This document shows, piece after piece, positions 1 to 10,400 of a stretch of 54,108 bases of DNA. Where the stretch lies: contig CAMBYP010000003.1 in NCBI GenBank assembly GCA_945872435.1, positions 1 through 54,108 of the forward strand, given 5' to 3'. The position numbers and the translations under genes were made by a program. The first letter of the stretch is position 1. Every line of letters begins with the position of its first letter. The notes beneath the pieces are model-generated. The model had not been told where the DNA came from. It did not search any database and was given only the letters and a program-made list of their open reading frames with translations. This DNA comes from an uncultured Mycoplasmatota bacterium. Its GTDB lineage: Bacteria > Bacillota_I > Bacilli_A > RF39 > UBA660.

Positions 1-3
1 CAA

Positions 4-19
4 TGTTCCACGTGAAACT
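4..19. promoter_or_regulatory. parS site 1 (ParB/Spo0J-binding palindrome)
   Basis: TGTTCCACGTGAAACT is a 15/16 match to the Firmicute parS consensus TGTTNCACGTGAAACA. Confidence 0.85.
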
Positions 20-31
20 ATAAACAAACAA

Positions 32-47
32 TGTTCCACGTGAAACT
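32..47. promoter_or_regulatory. parS site 2
   Basis: Identical TGTTCCACGTGAAACT 28 bp downstream; part of a direct repeat (1-24 = 29-52). Confidence 0.85.
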
Positions 48-56
48 ATAAAATAC

Positions 57-84
57 TTGCAAAAAAAATAAGAAATGTTATAAT
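57..84 (+). promoter_or_regulatory. sigma-A promoter for SRP RNA
   Basis: TTGCAA (57-62), 16-nt spacer, extended -10 TGnTATAAT (76-84). Confidence 0.65.
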
Positions 85-92
85 ATGATTAT

Positions 93-163
93 GCACAACG
101 TTTATTTCTGAAACAGGTCAGGATTGGGAAATAGCAGCCTTAAGGAACCCTAAACGTGTGTGC
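93..163 (+). ncRNA. ffs: small bacterial SRP (4.5S-type) RNA
   Basis: Conserved domain IV motif GGTCAGG-ATT-GGGA-AAT-AGCAGCC (symmetric loop plus GNRA tetraloop); ends pair GCACA/TGTGC and ACGTTTA/TAAACGT; followed by a T run; lies next to tadA-dnaX like the Bacillus scr locus. Confidence 0.85.
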
Positions 164-184
164 TTTTTTATTGGAGTTGTTAAT

Positions 185-631
185 ATGGATGAATATTATA
201 TGCATGAGGCATTAAAAGAAGCAAAAAAATCCTATAAAGCTGATGATGTTCCTGTAGGAGCTATTATTGTTATGAATAATAAAATAATTGCTAAAGCACA
301 TAATAAAAAAGAAAAAAACAAAAATGCTATTGAGCATGCAGAAATTTTAGCTATTTCAAAAGCATGTAAAAAATTAAATACATGGCATTTAGAAAAATGC
401 ACAATTTATGTTACATTAGAACCTTGTTTAATGTGTGCAGGAGCATTAATTCAGTCAAGAATAGGAAAACTAGTTTATGCTACAAATAATGAAAAGTTTG
501 GATATGTTGAAAGTATTGATAATATTTTAAACGATAAAAAAAATAATCATCATCCTATTATTGTGAAAAATATTTGCCGTGAAGAATCACAAATATTACT
601 AAAAAAATTCTTTAAAGATAAAAGGAATTGA
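185..631 (+). CDS. tadA: tRNA adenosine(34) deaminase
   Basis: HAE and PCLMC zinc motifs, VPVGAIIV; ATG 185 after GGAG. Confidence 0.92.
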   Translation: MDEYYMHEALKEAKKSYKADDVPVGAIIVMNNKIIAKAHNKKEKNKNAIEHAEILAISKACKKLNTWHLEKCTIYVTLEPCLMCAGALIQSRIGKLVYATNNEKFGYVESIDNILNDKKNNHHPIIVKNICREESQILLKKFFKDKRN

Positions 632-651
632 TTTCAAATCAATTCCTTTTT
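620..651 (+). terminator. intrinsic terminator after tadA
   Basis: AAAAGGAATTGATTT-C-AAATCAATTCCTTTT perfect inverted repeat plus T run. Confidence 0.75.
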
Positions 652-698
652 GTGTTCAAAAATGCTATAATATGTTGTGTTATGAAATGAGGTGAATC

Positions 699-2378
699 AT
701 GTATCAAGCTTTATATAGAAAATATAGACCAACTAATTTTAATGATGTTGTTGGACAACCATTAATAGTAAAAACGTTGAAAAATGAAATCGAAAATAAC
801 TGCATTAACCATGCATATTTATTTACGGGACCAAGGGGAGTAGGTAAAACAAGTGTCGCAAAAATTTTGGCGAAAACGATAAATTGTGAAAATCTTAACA
901 GCTGTATTCCGTGTGGAAAATGTAAATCATGCATAGAAATAGATGCAAAACAAAGCACTGATATTATAGAAATAGATGCTGCATCTAATAATGGCGTGGA
1001 TGAAATCAGAGAATTAAAAAGTAAAGTGAATTTGGTTCCGTCGACAGGAAAATACAAAGTATACATTATTGATGAAGTTCATATGCTTACTGTAGGAGCA
1101 TTTAATGCATTACTGAAAACTTTAGAAGAGCCACCCGGACACATAATATTTATTCTTGCAACGACTGATCCTCATAAAATTCCTCTAACAATTTTATCTA
1201 GATGCCAGAGATTTGATTTTAAGAAAATCAGTGTCAAAGAAATTGTGAAGTTATTGTCAAAAATTTCTGAAATAGAAAATATAAATATAGAACCACAAGC
1301 TTTGGAAACAATTGCAAGATTATCTGATGGTGGCTTGAGAGATTCTCTTAGTATGCTTGATCAAGTTCGTGCATATACAAATAATCAAATTACGGAACAA
1401 GACGTTCACGAAATAAATGGAACTTTATCTCAAAATGATTTAAAAGAATTTTTCTCTAATTTTATAGCAAAAAAAGTATTAGAATGTTTGAATAAAATCA
1501 ATGAGTGCCATGATGAAGGAAAAAATTTGACTAAATTAACAGAAGAAATGATTGAATTTCTAAGAAATATATTATTGTCAAAAACTGCCCCAAAAATGTT
1601 AACTACAGATTTTTTAATTTATCAAGACATTGCAAAGCAAATGACAATATCTGAAGTAACAAATTTAATATATTCGTTTAATGAGTGTGTTAATAAAATG
1701 AAAAATACTAATTTTCCAAAATTGATTTTAGAATTAGAAATTATAAAAGATATCACTTTAAATTCTAATGATGAAGTTGAAAAAAATAATGTAATAGATA
1801 CGCAAAATAATTTCCCGGGAAATATTGTTGCTAAAAAAGCAGAAGAAAAAAAAGAAAAATTGCCACGTCAAAAAAGCGTGCAAATAGACACAAAAATAGA
1901 TGAACAAAAAATGAATGAATTTAAAATGAATCGTGTTAATAATACATTATCAAGATTTGACAAAAGTGTTTTAATAAAACTCAGAAAATCACTCCCTGAT
2001 GAACTTAGAAAATATTTGTTAGACCATCAGTATAGTCATTTAGCTTCTTTATTTATTGATGGTATGATAAAAGCAGCAAGTGATGAATATATAATTGTAG
2101 TTTATGATGAAATCAATATTAGTAATTTGTTTAACAATAATATTATTGAATTGGAAAATATGTTACAAAAAATATGTAATCATAATTATAAATTGATTTC
2201 ATTATCTTTAAATGAATGGGAACCAATAAAAGATGAATTTAATTTTAAAAAAAGAAAATTTGAATATAAAGATGAAAATGTAAAATATGAAGATATAATT
2301 AATATTCATAAAACATCAACAGATAAAGAAATTTCTGAAATGGAAAAAATGTTTGGTGATATTGTAGAATATAAATAG
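699..2378 (+). CDS. dnaX: DNA polymerase III subunit gamma/tau
   Basis: YQALYRKYRP, GPRGVGKT, EIDAASNNGVDEIR, IIDEVHML, SRCQRF. Confidence 0.97.
   Translation: MYQALYRKYRPTNFNDVVGQPLIVKTLKNEIENNCINHAYLFTGPRGVGKTSVAKILAKTINCENLNSCIPCGKCKSCIEIDAKQSTDIIEIDAASNNGVDEIRELKSKVNLVPSTGKYKVYIIDEVHMLTVGAFNALLKTLEEPPGHIIFILATTDPHKIPLTILSRCQRFDFKKISVKEIVKLLSKISEIENINIEPQALETIARLSDGGLRDSLSMLDQVRAYTNNQITEQDVHEINGTLSQNDLKEFFSNFIAKKVLECLNKINECHDEGKNLTKLTEEMIEFLRNILLSKTAPKMLTTDFLIYQDIAKQMTISEVTNLIYSFNECVNKMKNTNFPKLILELEIIKDITLNSNDEVEKNNVIDTQNNFPGNIVAKKAEEKKEKLPRQKSVQIDTKIDEQKMNEFKMNRVNNTLSRFDKSVLIKLRKSLPDELRKYLLDHQYSHLASLFIDGMIKAASDEYIIVVYDEINISNLFNNNIIELENMLQKICNHNYKLISLSLNEWEPIKDEFNFKKRKFEYKDENVKYEDIINIHKTSTDKEISEMEKMFGDIVEYK
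1810..1823. promoter_or_regulatory. Noc-binding site (NBS) inside dnaX
   Basis: Perfect 14-bp palindrome ATTTCCCGGGAAAT, the B. subtilis NBS consensus, in the variable dnaX linker. Confidence 0.75.
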
Positions 2379-2393
2379 AAAGAAGGAAAAAAT

Positions 2394-2690
2394 ATGAATA
2401 TACAAGCTATGATGAAACAAGCTCAAAAATTACAAAAGGAGATGACTGATACAAAGAATAAAATTGACAATATGGAATTTGTAGGTAAATCTTCAGCAGT
2501 AACTGTGACTGTAAATGGTAAAAAACAAATTTTAAATGTAAAAATTACAGGTGAAGAATTTAGTAATGAAGATATAGAAATGTTAGAGGATATGGTAATG
2601 GTTGCGGTAAATGATGCGATGAAACAAGTTGATCAAGAAATTGAAAATAAAATGGGAAAATACACACAAGGAATGCCAGGACTATTTTAA
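2394..2690 (+). CDS. ybaB: YbaB/EbfC family nucleoid-associated protein
   Basis: MMKQAQKLQ, DIEMLEDMVMVAVNDA; between dnaX and recR. Confidence 0.92.
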   Translation: MNIQAMMKQAQKLQKEMTDTKNKIDNMEFVGKSSAVTVTVNGKKQILNVKITGEEFSNEDIEMLEDMVMVAVNDAMKQVDQEIENKMGKYTQGMPGLF

Positions 2691-2693
2691 AAT

Positions 2694-3296
2694 ATGAATT
2701 ATCCAAAAACAATTCAAAATTTGATAGAATGCTTTAAAAAAATGCCAGGTGTTGGAGAAAAAACAGCAGAAAGATATGTTCTATCATTATTAGAAATGGA
2801 CGAAGAAGTACTAGAAAAATTTTCTAATTATTTAAAGGAAATTAAATCCAATATTAAAAGATGTAAAATATGCAATAATTTATCAGAAGAAGATATATGT
2901 AGTATTTGCCAGGATTCAACAAGAGATCATTCGACTATTTGTGTTGTAGAAGAACCAAAAAATGTTTTTTCATTTGAAAAAGCTGGAACCTATTTAGGTG
3001 TTTATCATGTGTTAGACGGACTTATTTCTCCATTGGAGGGTATACGCCCTGAAAATATTAATATTCCATCTTTATTGAAAAGAATAGAAGAAGAAAAAAT
3101 AAAAGAAGTAATTATTGCTGTTAAAGCATGCGTTGAAGGTGAAACAACAGCCATGTATATTGCTAAAAAATTAGAAAATAAAAATGTTAAAGTGAGTAAA
3201 ATTGCATATGGTATTCCATTAGGAGCGGATATGGGATATATAGACTCTTCTACATTAGAAATTTCTCTAGAAAATCGTCAACAGATTCATAATTAG
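2694..3296 (+). CDS. recR: recombination mediator RecR
   Basis: PGVGEKTAER HhH, C4 zinc finger, Toprim (VEGETTA, IAYGIPLG). Confidence 0.96.
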   Translation: MNYPKTIQNLIECFKKMPGVGEKTAERYVLSLLEMDEEVLEKFSNYLKEIKSNIKRCKICNNLSEEDICSICQDSTRDHSTICVVEEPKNVFSFEKAGTYLGVYHVLDGLISPLEGIRPENINIPSLLKRIEEEKIKEVIIAVKACVEGETTAMYIAKKLENKNVKVSKIAYGIPLGADMGYIDSSTLEISLENRQQIHN

Positions 3297-3329
3297 TAAT
3301 ATGTATCATAAGTTTTTTTAGGTGAGAAT

Positions 3330-3524
3330 ATGGCTCTACTTAATAAAATTTATGAAATAATAAAAAAGATTATTTTTAGTGTATTTTTATTATATAGTTT
3401 TAATTTGATTATGGTACCAACAGAAATTATTATTCCAATTAATTGTATTACAGTTTTAAGTGTTTCTATTTTTGGATTTCCAGCATTAATGACATTTCTT
3501 GTAATTTTTTTTGTAATTTATTAG
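3330..3524 (+). CDS. bofA: pro-sigmaK processing inhibitor BofA family protein
   Basis: Small hydrophobic protein with IPINxITV...IFGFPAL; follows recR as in Bacillus. Confidence 0.75.
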   Translation: MALLNKIYEIIKKIIFSVFLLYSFNLIMVPTEIIIPINCITVLSVSIFGFPALMTFLVIFFVIY

Positions 3525-3530
3525 GAGGAT

Positions 3531-4505
3531 ATGATGTTAGACGAATTTAAGAATAGTCAAAAAATTATTTATCAAATGATGCAAAACGCTGCTAAAAATC
3601 AGCGCTTTTCGCATGCATATTTGATAGATGCTAATCATTATCCATTAAAAAGTGAGATTGCAATAGCAATTGCAAAATTTATTTTATGTCCTAATAACTA
3701 TACAAATAGTAAAAATTGCAAAGAATGTACACAATGTAAAAGAATTGATGATGGGAATTTTACTGAATTAAAAATTATTAAACCAGATGGAGCATGGATA
3801 AAAAAAGAACAATTAGAAGAATTGCAAAGACAATTTTCAACAAAAGCCATTGAAACTAAGTATAAAATATATATTATCCATGAAGCAGAAAAGATGAATT
3901 CATCGGCTGCTAATTCTATTTTGAAATTTTTAGAAGAGCCTGAACCTGGAATTATTGCTATTTTAATTACGGATAATATGTATCAATTACTTGATACAAT
4001 TATTTCACGTTGTCAAATTATATCATTATCAAATTCAAAAAATTATTCATTTTTAGAAATGAGCCCGCAAACATCTTTGGAAAAAATTTCATTATTTTTT
4101 GCTAAAACAAAAGAAAAATATTATGAATTTATTAACGATAATGAAAAAATAAATCAAATTAATTATGTAATCAAATTTCTGCAAGAAATAGAAAACAATC
4201 AAGAATTAGCAATTTTAAAAGAAAACAAACTTTGGACAAGCGTTTTTAATGAAAAAAATAAAATTGAATTTGGTTTAGACATTATGATGATTACATACAA
4301 AGATATTTTAAATAAAAAATTTGGATTGCCACTAGATTTTATGATTGACTATCAAAGTGTTGTTGAACAACTATCTAATCAAAATTCGGTGTTGCAATTA
4401 TGTAAAAAAATAGAAATTATTTTAGAAATGAAGAGACGTTTAAAAGTAAATATAAATAATAACTTATTGATAGACCAATTGATTTTGTTATTTAAGGAGG
4501 TGTGA
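3531..4505 (+). CDS. holB: DNA polymerase III subunit delta-prime
   Basis: SHAYL, zinc cysteines, AEKMNSSAANSILKFLEEP, TIISRCQ. Confidence 0.93.
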   Translation: MMLDEFKNSQKIIYQMMQNAAKNQRFSHAYLIDANHYPLKSEIAIAIAKFILCPNNYTNSKNCKECTQCKRIDDGNFTELKIIKPDGAWIKKEQLEELQRQFSTKAIETKYKIYIIHEAEKMNSSAANSILKFLEEPEPGIIAILITDNMYQLLDTIISRCQIISLSNSKNYSFLEMSPQTSLEKISLFFAKTKEKYYEFINDNEKINQINYVIKFLQEIENNQELAILKENKLWTSVFNEKNKIEFGLDIMMITYKDILNKKFGLPLDFMIDYQSVVEQLSNQNSVLQLCKKIEIILEMKRRLKVNINNNLLIDQLILLFKEV

Positions 4506-4507
4506 AC

Positions 4508-5287
4508 ATGCAAGTAATTAAAGTGACTTTAAAGAAAAATGGAATGCCATATTATTTTTCTGTTAATCATTTATCCTTGAAAAAGGATCAGTTTGTAATT
4601 GTCGAAACAGAAAAAGGTGTACAATTTGGAACAACAATTTCAGAAATTTTTGAAATTGATGATTCGCAAATTCAAGGAAAAATGAAAAATGTTTTAAGAA
4701 TAGCAAGTAAAAAAGATGAAAAACGTCATTTAAAAAATGTACAAGAATCACAAATAGCATTAAAGAAATGTCGAGAATTAGTTGTGAAACATCAATTAAA
4801 TATGAAAATTTTAGATGCTAGCTATACATTTGATAGAGATCAATTATTCTTTTATTTTTTAGCAGATAATCGTGTGGATTTCAGAAATTTAGCTAAAGAT
4901 TTAGCCGCTATATATCATACACGTATTGAATTGAGACAAGTGGGTGTTAGAGATAAGGCAAAGGAGATTGGCGGAATTGGTATGTGTGGAAGAATGTTAT
5001 GTTGTTCTACATTTTTAAATGAGTTTGATTCTGTTTCTATCAATATGGCTAAAAATCAAAATATTTCTTTAAATCCTTCTAAAATTAATGGCCTTTGTGG
5101 TAGATTATTATGCTGCTTGAACTATGAAAATGAGTGTTATAAAAATTGTCGTAAAAATATGCCTAAAGTGGGACAGACTGTTTCTACAAAATATGGCAAT
5201 GGTGTAGTTAAAGAAATCGATATATTAGGTCAAAAATATAAAGTAGAAATTTCCGGAAAAGGAATTATAGAGGTTATGGTTTCGTGA
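4508..5287 (+). CDS. ricT: RicT/YaaT (PSP1 domain) protein
   Basis: RVDFRNL, TRIELRQVGVRD, GGIGMCGRMLCC, KINGLCGRLLCCL; ATG after AAGGAGG. Confidence 0.93.
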   Translation: MQVIKVTLKKNGMPYYFSVNHLSLKKDQFVIVETEKGVQFGTTISEIFEIDDSQIQGKMKNVLRIASKKDEKRHLKNVQESQIALKKCRELVVKHQLNMKILDASYTFDRDQLFFYFLADNRVDFRNLAKDLAAIYHTRIELRQVGVRDKAKEIGGIGMCGRMLCCSTFLNEFDSVSINMAKNQNISLNPSKINGLCGRLLCCLNYENECYKNCRKNMPKVGQTVSTKYGNGVVKEIDILGQKYKVEISGKGIIEVMVS

Positions 5288-6012
5288 ATGAAGAAATTCA
5301 TTATTTAGTAGGAAGAGAGCAACTAAAAATAGTTCAAAGTAAAGAAAGTTTTTCTTTTTCCTTGGATTCGGTTTTACTACCAAATTTTGTAACAATAAAT
5401 TTAAGAGCAAAACAAATACTTGATATAGGATGTGGTAATGCTCCTATTCCGTTAATTTTATCAGAAAGAAGTAGTGCTAAAATTACTGGAGTAGAAATTC
5501 AGAAAAAATCATATGAGTATGCTAAAAAAAGTATTTTATTAAATCATAAAGAACAACAAATCAATATTGTGAACGATGATATCAAGCATTATGCCAAACA
5601 ATTTGATCATGAATTTTATGATATTATTACATGCAACCCTCCATATTTTAATCATAAAAGTACGTCTATTGTTAATCAATTTGAACAAAAAACAATTGCT
5701 CGTCATGAAAAAACATTAAATTTAGAAGATATTATGAAAATTAGTAGAAAATTATTAAAAAATAATGGTATACTAGCACTTGTTCATCGACCAGAACGTT
5801 TTATTGATATTGTCACTCTTATGAGAAAGAATAACATAGAACCAAAAAAAGTGTTATTCATATTTCCAAAAAAGGGTAGAGATGCTAATATTTTATTAAT
5901 AGAAGGTACAAAAAATGGAAAACCTGGTTTAAAAATTCTAGATCCTATTTATTCTCACAATGAAAAAAATGAATATACGGATGAATTAAAAAAATTATTA
6001 CGTATGGGGTGA
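5284..6012 (+). CDS. trmN6: tRNA1(Val) (adenine(37)-N6)-methyltransferase (YabB)
   Basis: FSLDSVLL, LDIGCGNA, CNPPY, IARHE; conserved position after ricT. Confidence 0.85.
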   Translation: MNEEIHYLVGREQLKIVQSKESFSFSLDSVLLPNFVTINLRAKQILDIGCGNAPIPLILSERSSAKITGVEIQKKSYEYAKKSILLNHKEQQINIVNDDIKHYAKQFDHEFYDIITCNPPYFNHKSTSIVNQFEQKTIARHEKTLNLEDIMKISRKLLKNNGILALVHRPERFIDIVTLMRKNNIEPKKVLFIFPKKGRDANILLIEGTKNGKPGLKILDPIYSHNEKNEYTDELKKLLRMG

Positions 6013-6016
6013 TATA

Positions 6017-6865
6017 ATGATACAAAAAAGTTATGAGGATGGCGAAGCAGTTTATTTGATTCCAACACCAATTGGTAATTTAGATGATATTACTTTAAGA
6101 GCAATTAAAGTGTTAGAAGAAGTAGATGTTATTTTTTGTGAAGATACAAGAGTTACAGCACTTCTATTAAACCATTTAAATATAAAGAAAAAATTAATTT
6201 CAAGTCACAAGTTTAATGAAGATACAAATGAAAAAAAATTATTGAAATATTTGGAAGAAGGCAAAAAGATTGGAATTGTAAGTGATAGAGGAACACCTAT
6301 TATTAGTGATCCTGGTTATATTTTAGCAAAAATTGCAATGAATCATGGATATCGAGTAATCGGTTTACCAGGGCCTACTGCTTTTGTGCCAGCTCTGATC
6401 ATGTCAGGGCTTAATCCTCAACCATTTTACTTCTATGGATTTTTACATAACAAAGATAGTAAAAGGAAAGAAGAAATGACTAAACTCAAAAATTTTGCTC
6501 ATACGATGATTTTCTATGAAGCACCTCATCGTATAAAAAAGACATTACAACAAATGCAGGAAATATTAGGAGATAGAAACATTTGCATAGCAAGAGAAAT
6601 TAGTAAAAAATTTGAAACAATATATAGAGGTAAATTTTCCGATATATTAAAATTAGAAGATGAAATGAAAGGTGAAATTGTACTACTTGTAGAGGGAAAT
6701 GCAAGTGAACAAACATATCAAAACTTAACTATTATAGAACATGTTAATTTATATATAAAAGAAGGATTAACAACAATGGAGTCAATAAAAAGAGTAAGCA
6801 AAGACCGCGGAGTTAATAAAAAAGTGGTATATGATGAATATCATAATACAAAAGAAAAGGGGTGA
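6017..6865 (+). CDS. rsmI: 16S rRNA C1402 2'-O-methyltransferase
   Basis: PTPIGNLDDITLRA, EDTR, GTPIISDPG, FYEAPHR, AREISKKFE. Confidence 0.95.
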   Translation: MIQKSYEDGEAVYLIPTPIGNLDDITLRAIKVLEEVDVIFCEDTRVTALLLNHLNIKKKLISSHKFNEDTNEKKLLKYLEEGKKIGIVSDRGTPIISDPGYILAKIAMNHGYRVIGLPGPTAFVPALIMSGLNPQPFYFYGFLHNKDSKRKEEMTKLKNFAHTMIFYEAPHRIKKTLQQMQEILGDRNICIAREISKKFETIYRGKFSDILKLEDEMKGEIVLLVEGNASEQTYQNLTIIEHVNLYIKEGLTTMESIKRVSKDRGVNKKVVYDEYHNTKEKG

Positions 6866-6870
6866 AATTC

Positions 6871-7431
6871 ATGTATTTAATTGTAGGATTAGGAAATCCT
6901 GGAAAAGAATATGATAACACAAGGCATAATATGGGATTTCAACAAATTGATTTATTTGCAAATACTCATCATGTTACTTTTGATAGAGAAAAATTTGGTG
7001 GTAAATATTGTGAAATCCTTATTAACAATGAAAAAGTTATTTTATTGAAACCACAAAAATATATTAATTTATCTGGAGAAGTGATTTATAAATTTATCAA
7101 TTTTTATAAAATTCCTATTTCTAATCTTTTAATTATTTGTGACGATTTAGATACACCAATTGGTAAAATTAAATTGAAAAAAAAGGGTAGTTCCGGTGGC
7201 CATAATGGATTAAAAAATATTGAATTTCATTTACACACAAATGAATATAATCGATATAAAATAGGAATATCTAATAATAAAAAAATAGATGGAAAAGATT
7301 ATGTGTTAGGGAAATTATCTAACAATGAACAAAAACAAATTGAAAGTGTAATGAAACAAGGAATAGATTTATTAAATGACTATTTTGTATTATCTTTTGA
7401 TAATTTAATGAATAAATATAATAAAAAATAG
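6871..7431 (+). CDS. pth: peptidyl-tRNA hydrolase
   Basis: LIVGLGNPG, TRHNMGF, DDLD, GGHNGLK. Confidence 0.96.
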   Translation: MYLIVGLGNPGKEYDNTRHNMGFQQIDLFANTHHVTFDREKFGGKYCEILINNEKVILLKPQKYINLSGEVIYKFINFYKIPISNLLIICDDLDTPIGKIKLKKKGSSGGHNGLKNIEFHLHTNEYNRYKIGISNNKKIDGKDYVLGKLSNNEQKQIESVMKQGIDLLNDYFVLSFDNLMNKYNKK

Positions 7432-7460
7432 TAGAGTACTATTACTATGTACTCTTTTTT
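7432..7460 (+). terminator. intrinsic terminator after pth
   Basis: AGAGTAC...GTACTCT stem followed by a T run. Confidence 0.55.
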
Positions 7461-7482
7461 CCGTGTAGAAAGGAGGCAAATT

Positions 7483-10400
7483 ATGAATTATTTGAAAAAA
7501 TATATTAAATTAGATGAAAATGTTAATGGGGTTACTGGATTAACTGATGAATTGTTTAGTTATTATCTTTATTGCATGCTTAAAGAAAAACAAAGAAATA
7601 TATTATTAGTTACTAATTCTTTGTTTGAAGCTCATAAGTTTTACAAAATGATTTCAGATTATACTAGTCAAGTTTTTTTATTTCCAATGGATGAATTTTT
7701 AACTAGTGAGGCTATTGCAATTTCACCTGAATTTAAAGTTACAAGATTAGAAACAATGAAATCTGCATTATTATCTCAACCCAAAATTGTCGTTACTAAT
7801 TTAATGGGGTATTTAAGATATTTGCCTTCTCCTAAAATATTTCAGAATCATTTTTTACCTATTAAAATGAATCATGATTATCAAATGAATGACCTTCTTA
7901 TAAGTTTACATAAGATGGGTTATCAGCGAGAAACAATTGTTAATAAAACTGGTGAGATTGCAGTAAGAGGTTTTGTTATTGATATTTTTCCTATGGGAAT
8001 GTCAAATCCGATTCGAATAGAATTTTGGGGTGATACTGTTGATTCCATTAAGACATTTGAGGTAGATAACCAACGTACAATACAATCATTAAACGATGTT
8101 TTAATTCCACCTTATACGGAATTTTTAACTGATGGTTCAATGAATTTGGAAGAAGATTTTCCACATCATCGATTATTAGCTAAATATACAAAAGTAGAAT
8201 CTATTCAAGATTATTTATCCAACTGTATGATTGTTTATTCTGATTATAATCAAATAAAAGCAAGCTATGAAAAATTAAATGATGATATTTTTCATTATAA
8301 CTTGAGTATGAAATTACCTAATGATACTAACTACATGCACAATTTTTATGATTTGGATAGTAAGAGTTCTAATCATTTTTATTATTTAGGAATTGAAAAT
8401 GTGATGAATCATATAAAATTACAACATTTTGATTCATTAGATGTCGTTGGTTTTCCTAAAGGAATTGAAAATATAAAAAAATATTTGAAAGAACAACAAA
8501 AACAAGGAAAAACAATTATTATAGCTTTAAAAGATCGATATCAAGTAAATCGTTTATTAGAAGAGTTAGATGATCAGCAAATAATTTTTGTAGATGAAAA
8601 TCATATACAAATGAATAAGATTAACATGATTGTTTATTCATTAACGAAAGGTTTTCAAATTAATGATTTATTAGTATTAACGGAAGTAGAATTATTTGAT
8701 CAAAAATTAGAAAAGATGAAATATAAAACCAATTTTAAATTTGGTACTAAAATACGTGATATTAACAAATTGAATGTTGGAGATTACATTGTTCATAATA
8801 TTCATGGAATTGGGAAATACATAGGTATTAAAACATTATTAAAAAATAATCTTCAAAAAGATTATTTAGTAGTAGAATATAAAGATCAAGATAAATTATA
8901 TATTCCAGTTGAAAAAATAGATAGTATTAGTAAATATTCTTCTAATGAAGGAATAATTCCAAAAATCAATAAATTAGGCGGTAGTGATTGGAGTAAGACA
9001 AAATTACGTGTTCGTAAGAAAATAGAGAATATTGCTCATGAATTATTAGAATTATATGCGTTAAGAGAAGCCAAAGAAGGATTTGCTTTTGATAAAGATG
9101 ACGAAAATCAAGTAAACTTTGAAAAAGAATTTCCTTATGAAGAAACAAGCGATCAAATCAAAGTGTCAGAGGAGATAAAAAAAGATATGGAATCACCTCA
9201 TCCGATGGATCGTTTATTATGTGGTGATGTAGGTTTTGGAAAAACAGAGGTAGCATTCCGAGCAATGTTTAAAGCGGTTTTAAGTGGTAAACAAGTAGCA
9301 TTTTTATGTCCTACTACTATTTTATCAAATCAACATTTCCGAAATGCTCAAAATCGTTTCATTAATTTTCCAGTAAAAATTGCAATGTTAAATCGTTTTG
9401 TGTCTCCAAAAGAAACAAAACAAATATTAGAAGAATTGAAATTAGGAAAAATTGATATTTTAATAGGAACTCATCGTATTTTAAGCGACGATGTACAATT
9501 TAAAGATTTAGGATTATTGGTAATTGATGAGGAACAAAGATTTGGTGTAAAACATAAAGAAAAAATAAAAGAATTTCGTAATACTATTGATGTATTAACA
9601 TTATCAGCTACACCCATTCCAAGGACTTTACAATTATCAATGTCAGGAATTAGAAGCTTATCATTAATAGAGACTCCACCAGTAAATCGATATCCAGTTC
9701 AAACTTATGTTGTTGGTTATAATAAACCATTATTAAAAGATGCTATTTATAAAGAATTATCTAGAAATGGTCAAGTTTTTATATTATATAATCATATAGA
9801 TGATATGACTTCAAAATTATCTGAAATTGAAAGATTAGTGCCAGATGCAAGAGTAATATCTGCTCACGGTAGAATGGATAAAAATGAACTAGAAGATGTA
9901 ATGCAAAGTTTTATAAATCATGAATACGATATTTTGATATGTACGACTATTATAGAAACAGGTATTGATATTCCAAATGTGAATACATTGATTATTATGG
10001 ATGCTGATCGCTTTGGGTTGTCTCAATTATATCAAATAAGAGGACGAGTAGGACGAAGTGATAAAATAGCTTATTGTTACTTAATGTATAATACTTCAAA
10101 AGTATTATCAGAAACAGCAAAAAAGAGACTAAATGTCATTAAAGAATTTACAGAACTAGGTAGTGGATTTTCCATAGCAATGCGCGATTTATCTATTCGT
10201 GGCGCTGGAGATATATTAGGAAGCGAACAAGCTGGTTTTATTGATACAATTGGAATTGAATTATTTTTAAAAATGTTACATGAAGAAGTTTCAAAATTAC
10301 AAGGAAAAGATATTGCAAAAGAGGAAGAAAACGCAAATTCTATGCCATTATTAGATGTATCAACTACTATTAGTAATAATTATGTTGAAGAAGAAGAATT

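Noticed and set aside
1-52. Direct repeat as a possible CRISPR array edge
   Set aside because: Only 4 nt separate the copies, no cas genes are present, and the repeat matches parS
704-1066. Antisense and alternate-frame ORFs over dnaX and other core genes (e.g. 22852-23217, 28984-29463, 37892-38404, 41524-41736)
   Set aside because: Fully overlap well-supported housekeeping genes and lack RBS or motifs
1846-1854. A8 run in the dnaX linker as a gamma/tau frameshift site
   Set aside because: No SD or hairpin stimulator is evident, and A runs are ubiquitous in this AT-rich DNA
629-6865. Possible TGA=Trp recoding (Mollicutes-like code)
   Set aside because: TGA ends tadA, holB, ricT, trmN6 and rsmI at expected lengths, and conserved Trp residues use TGG
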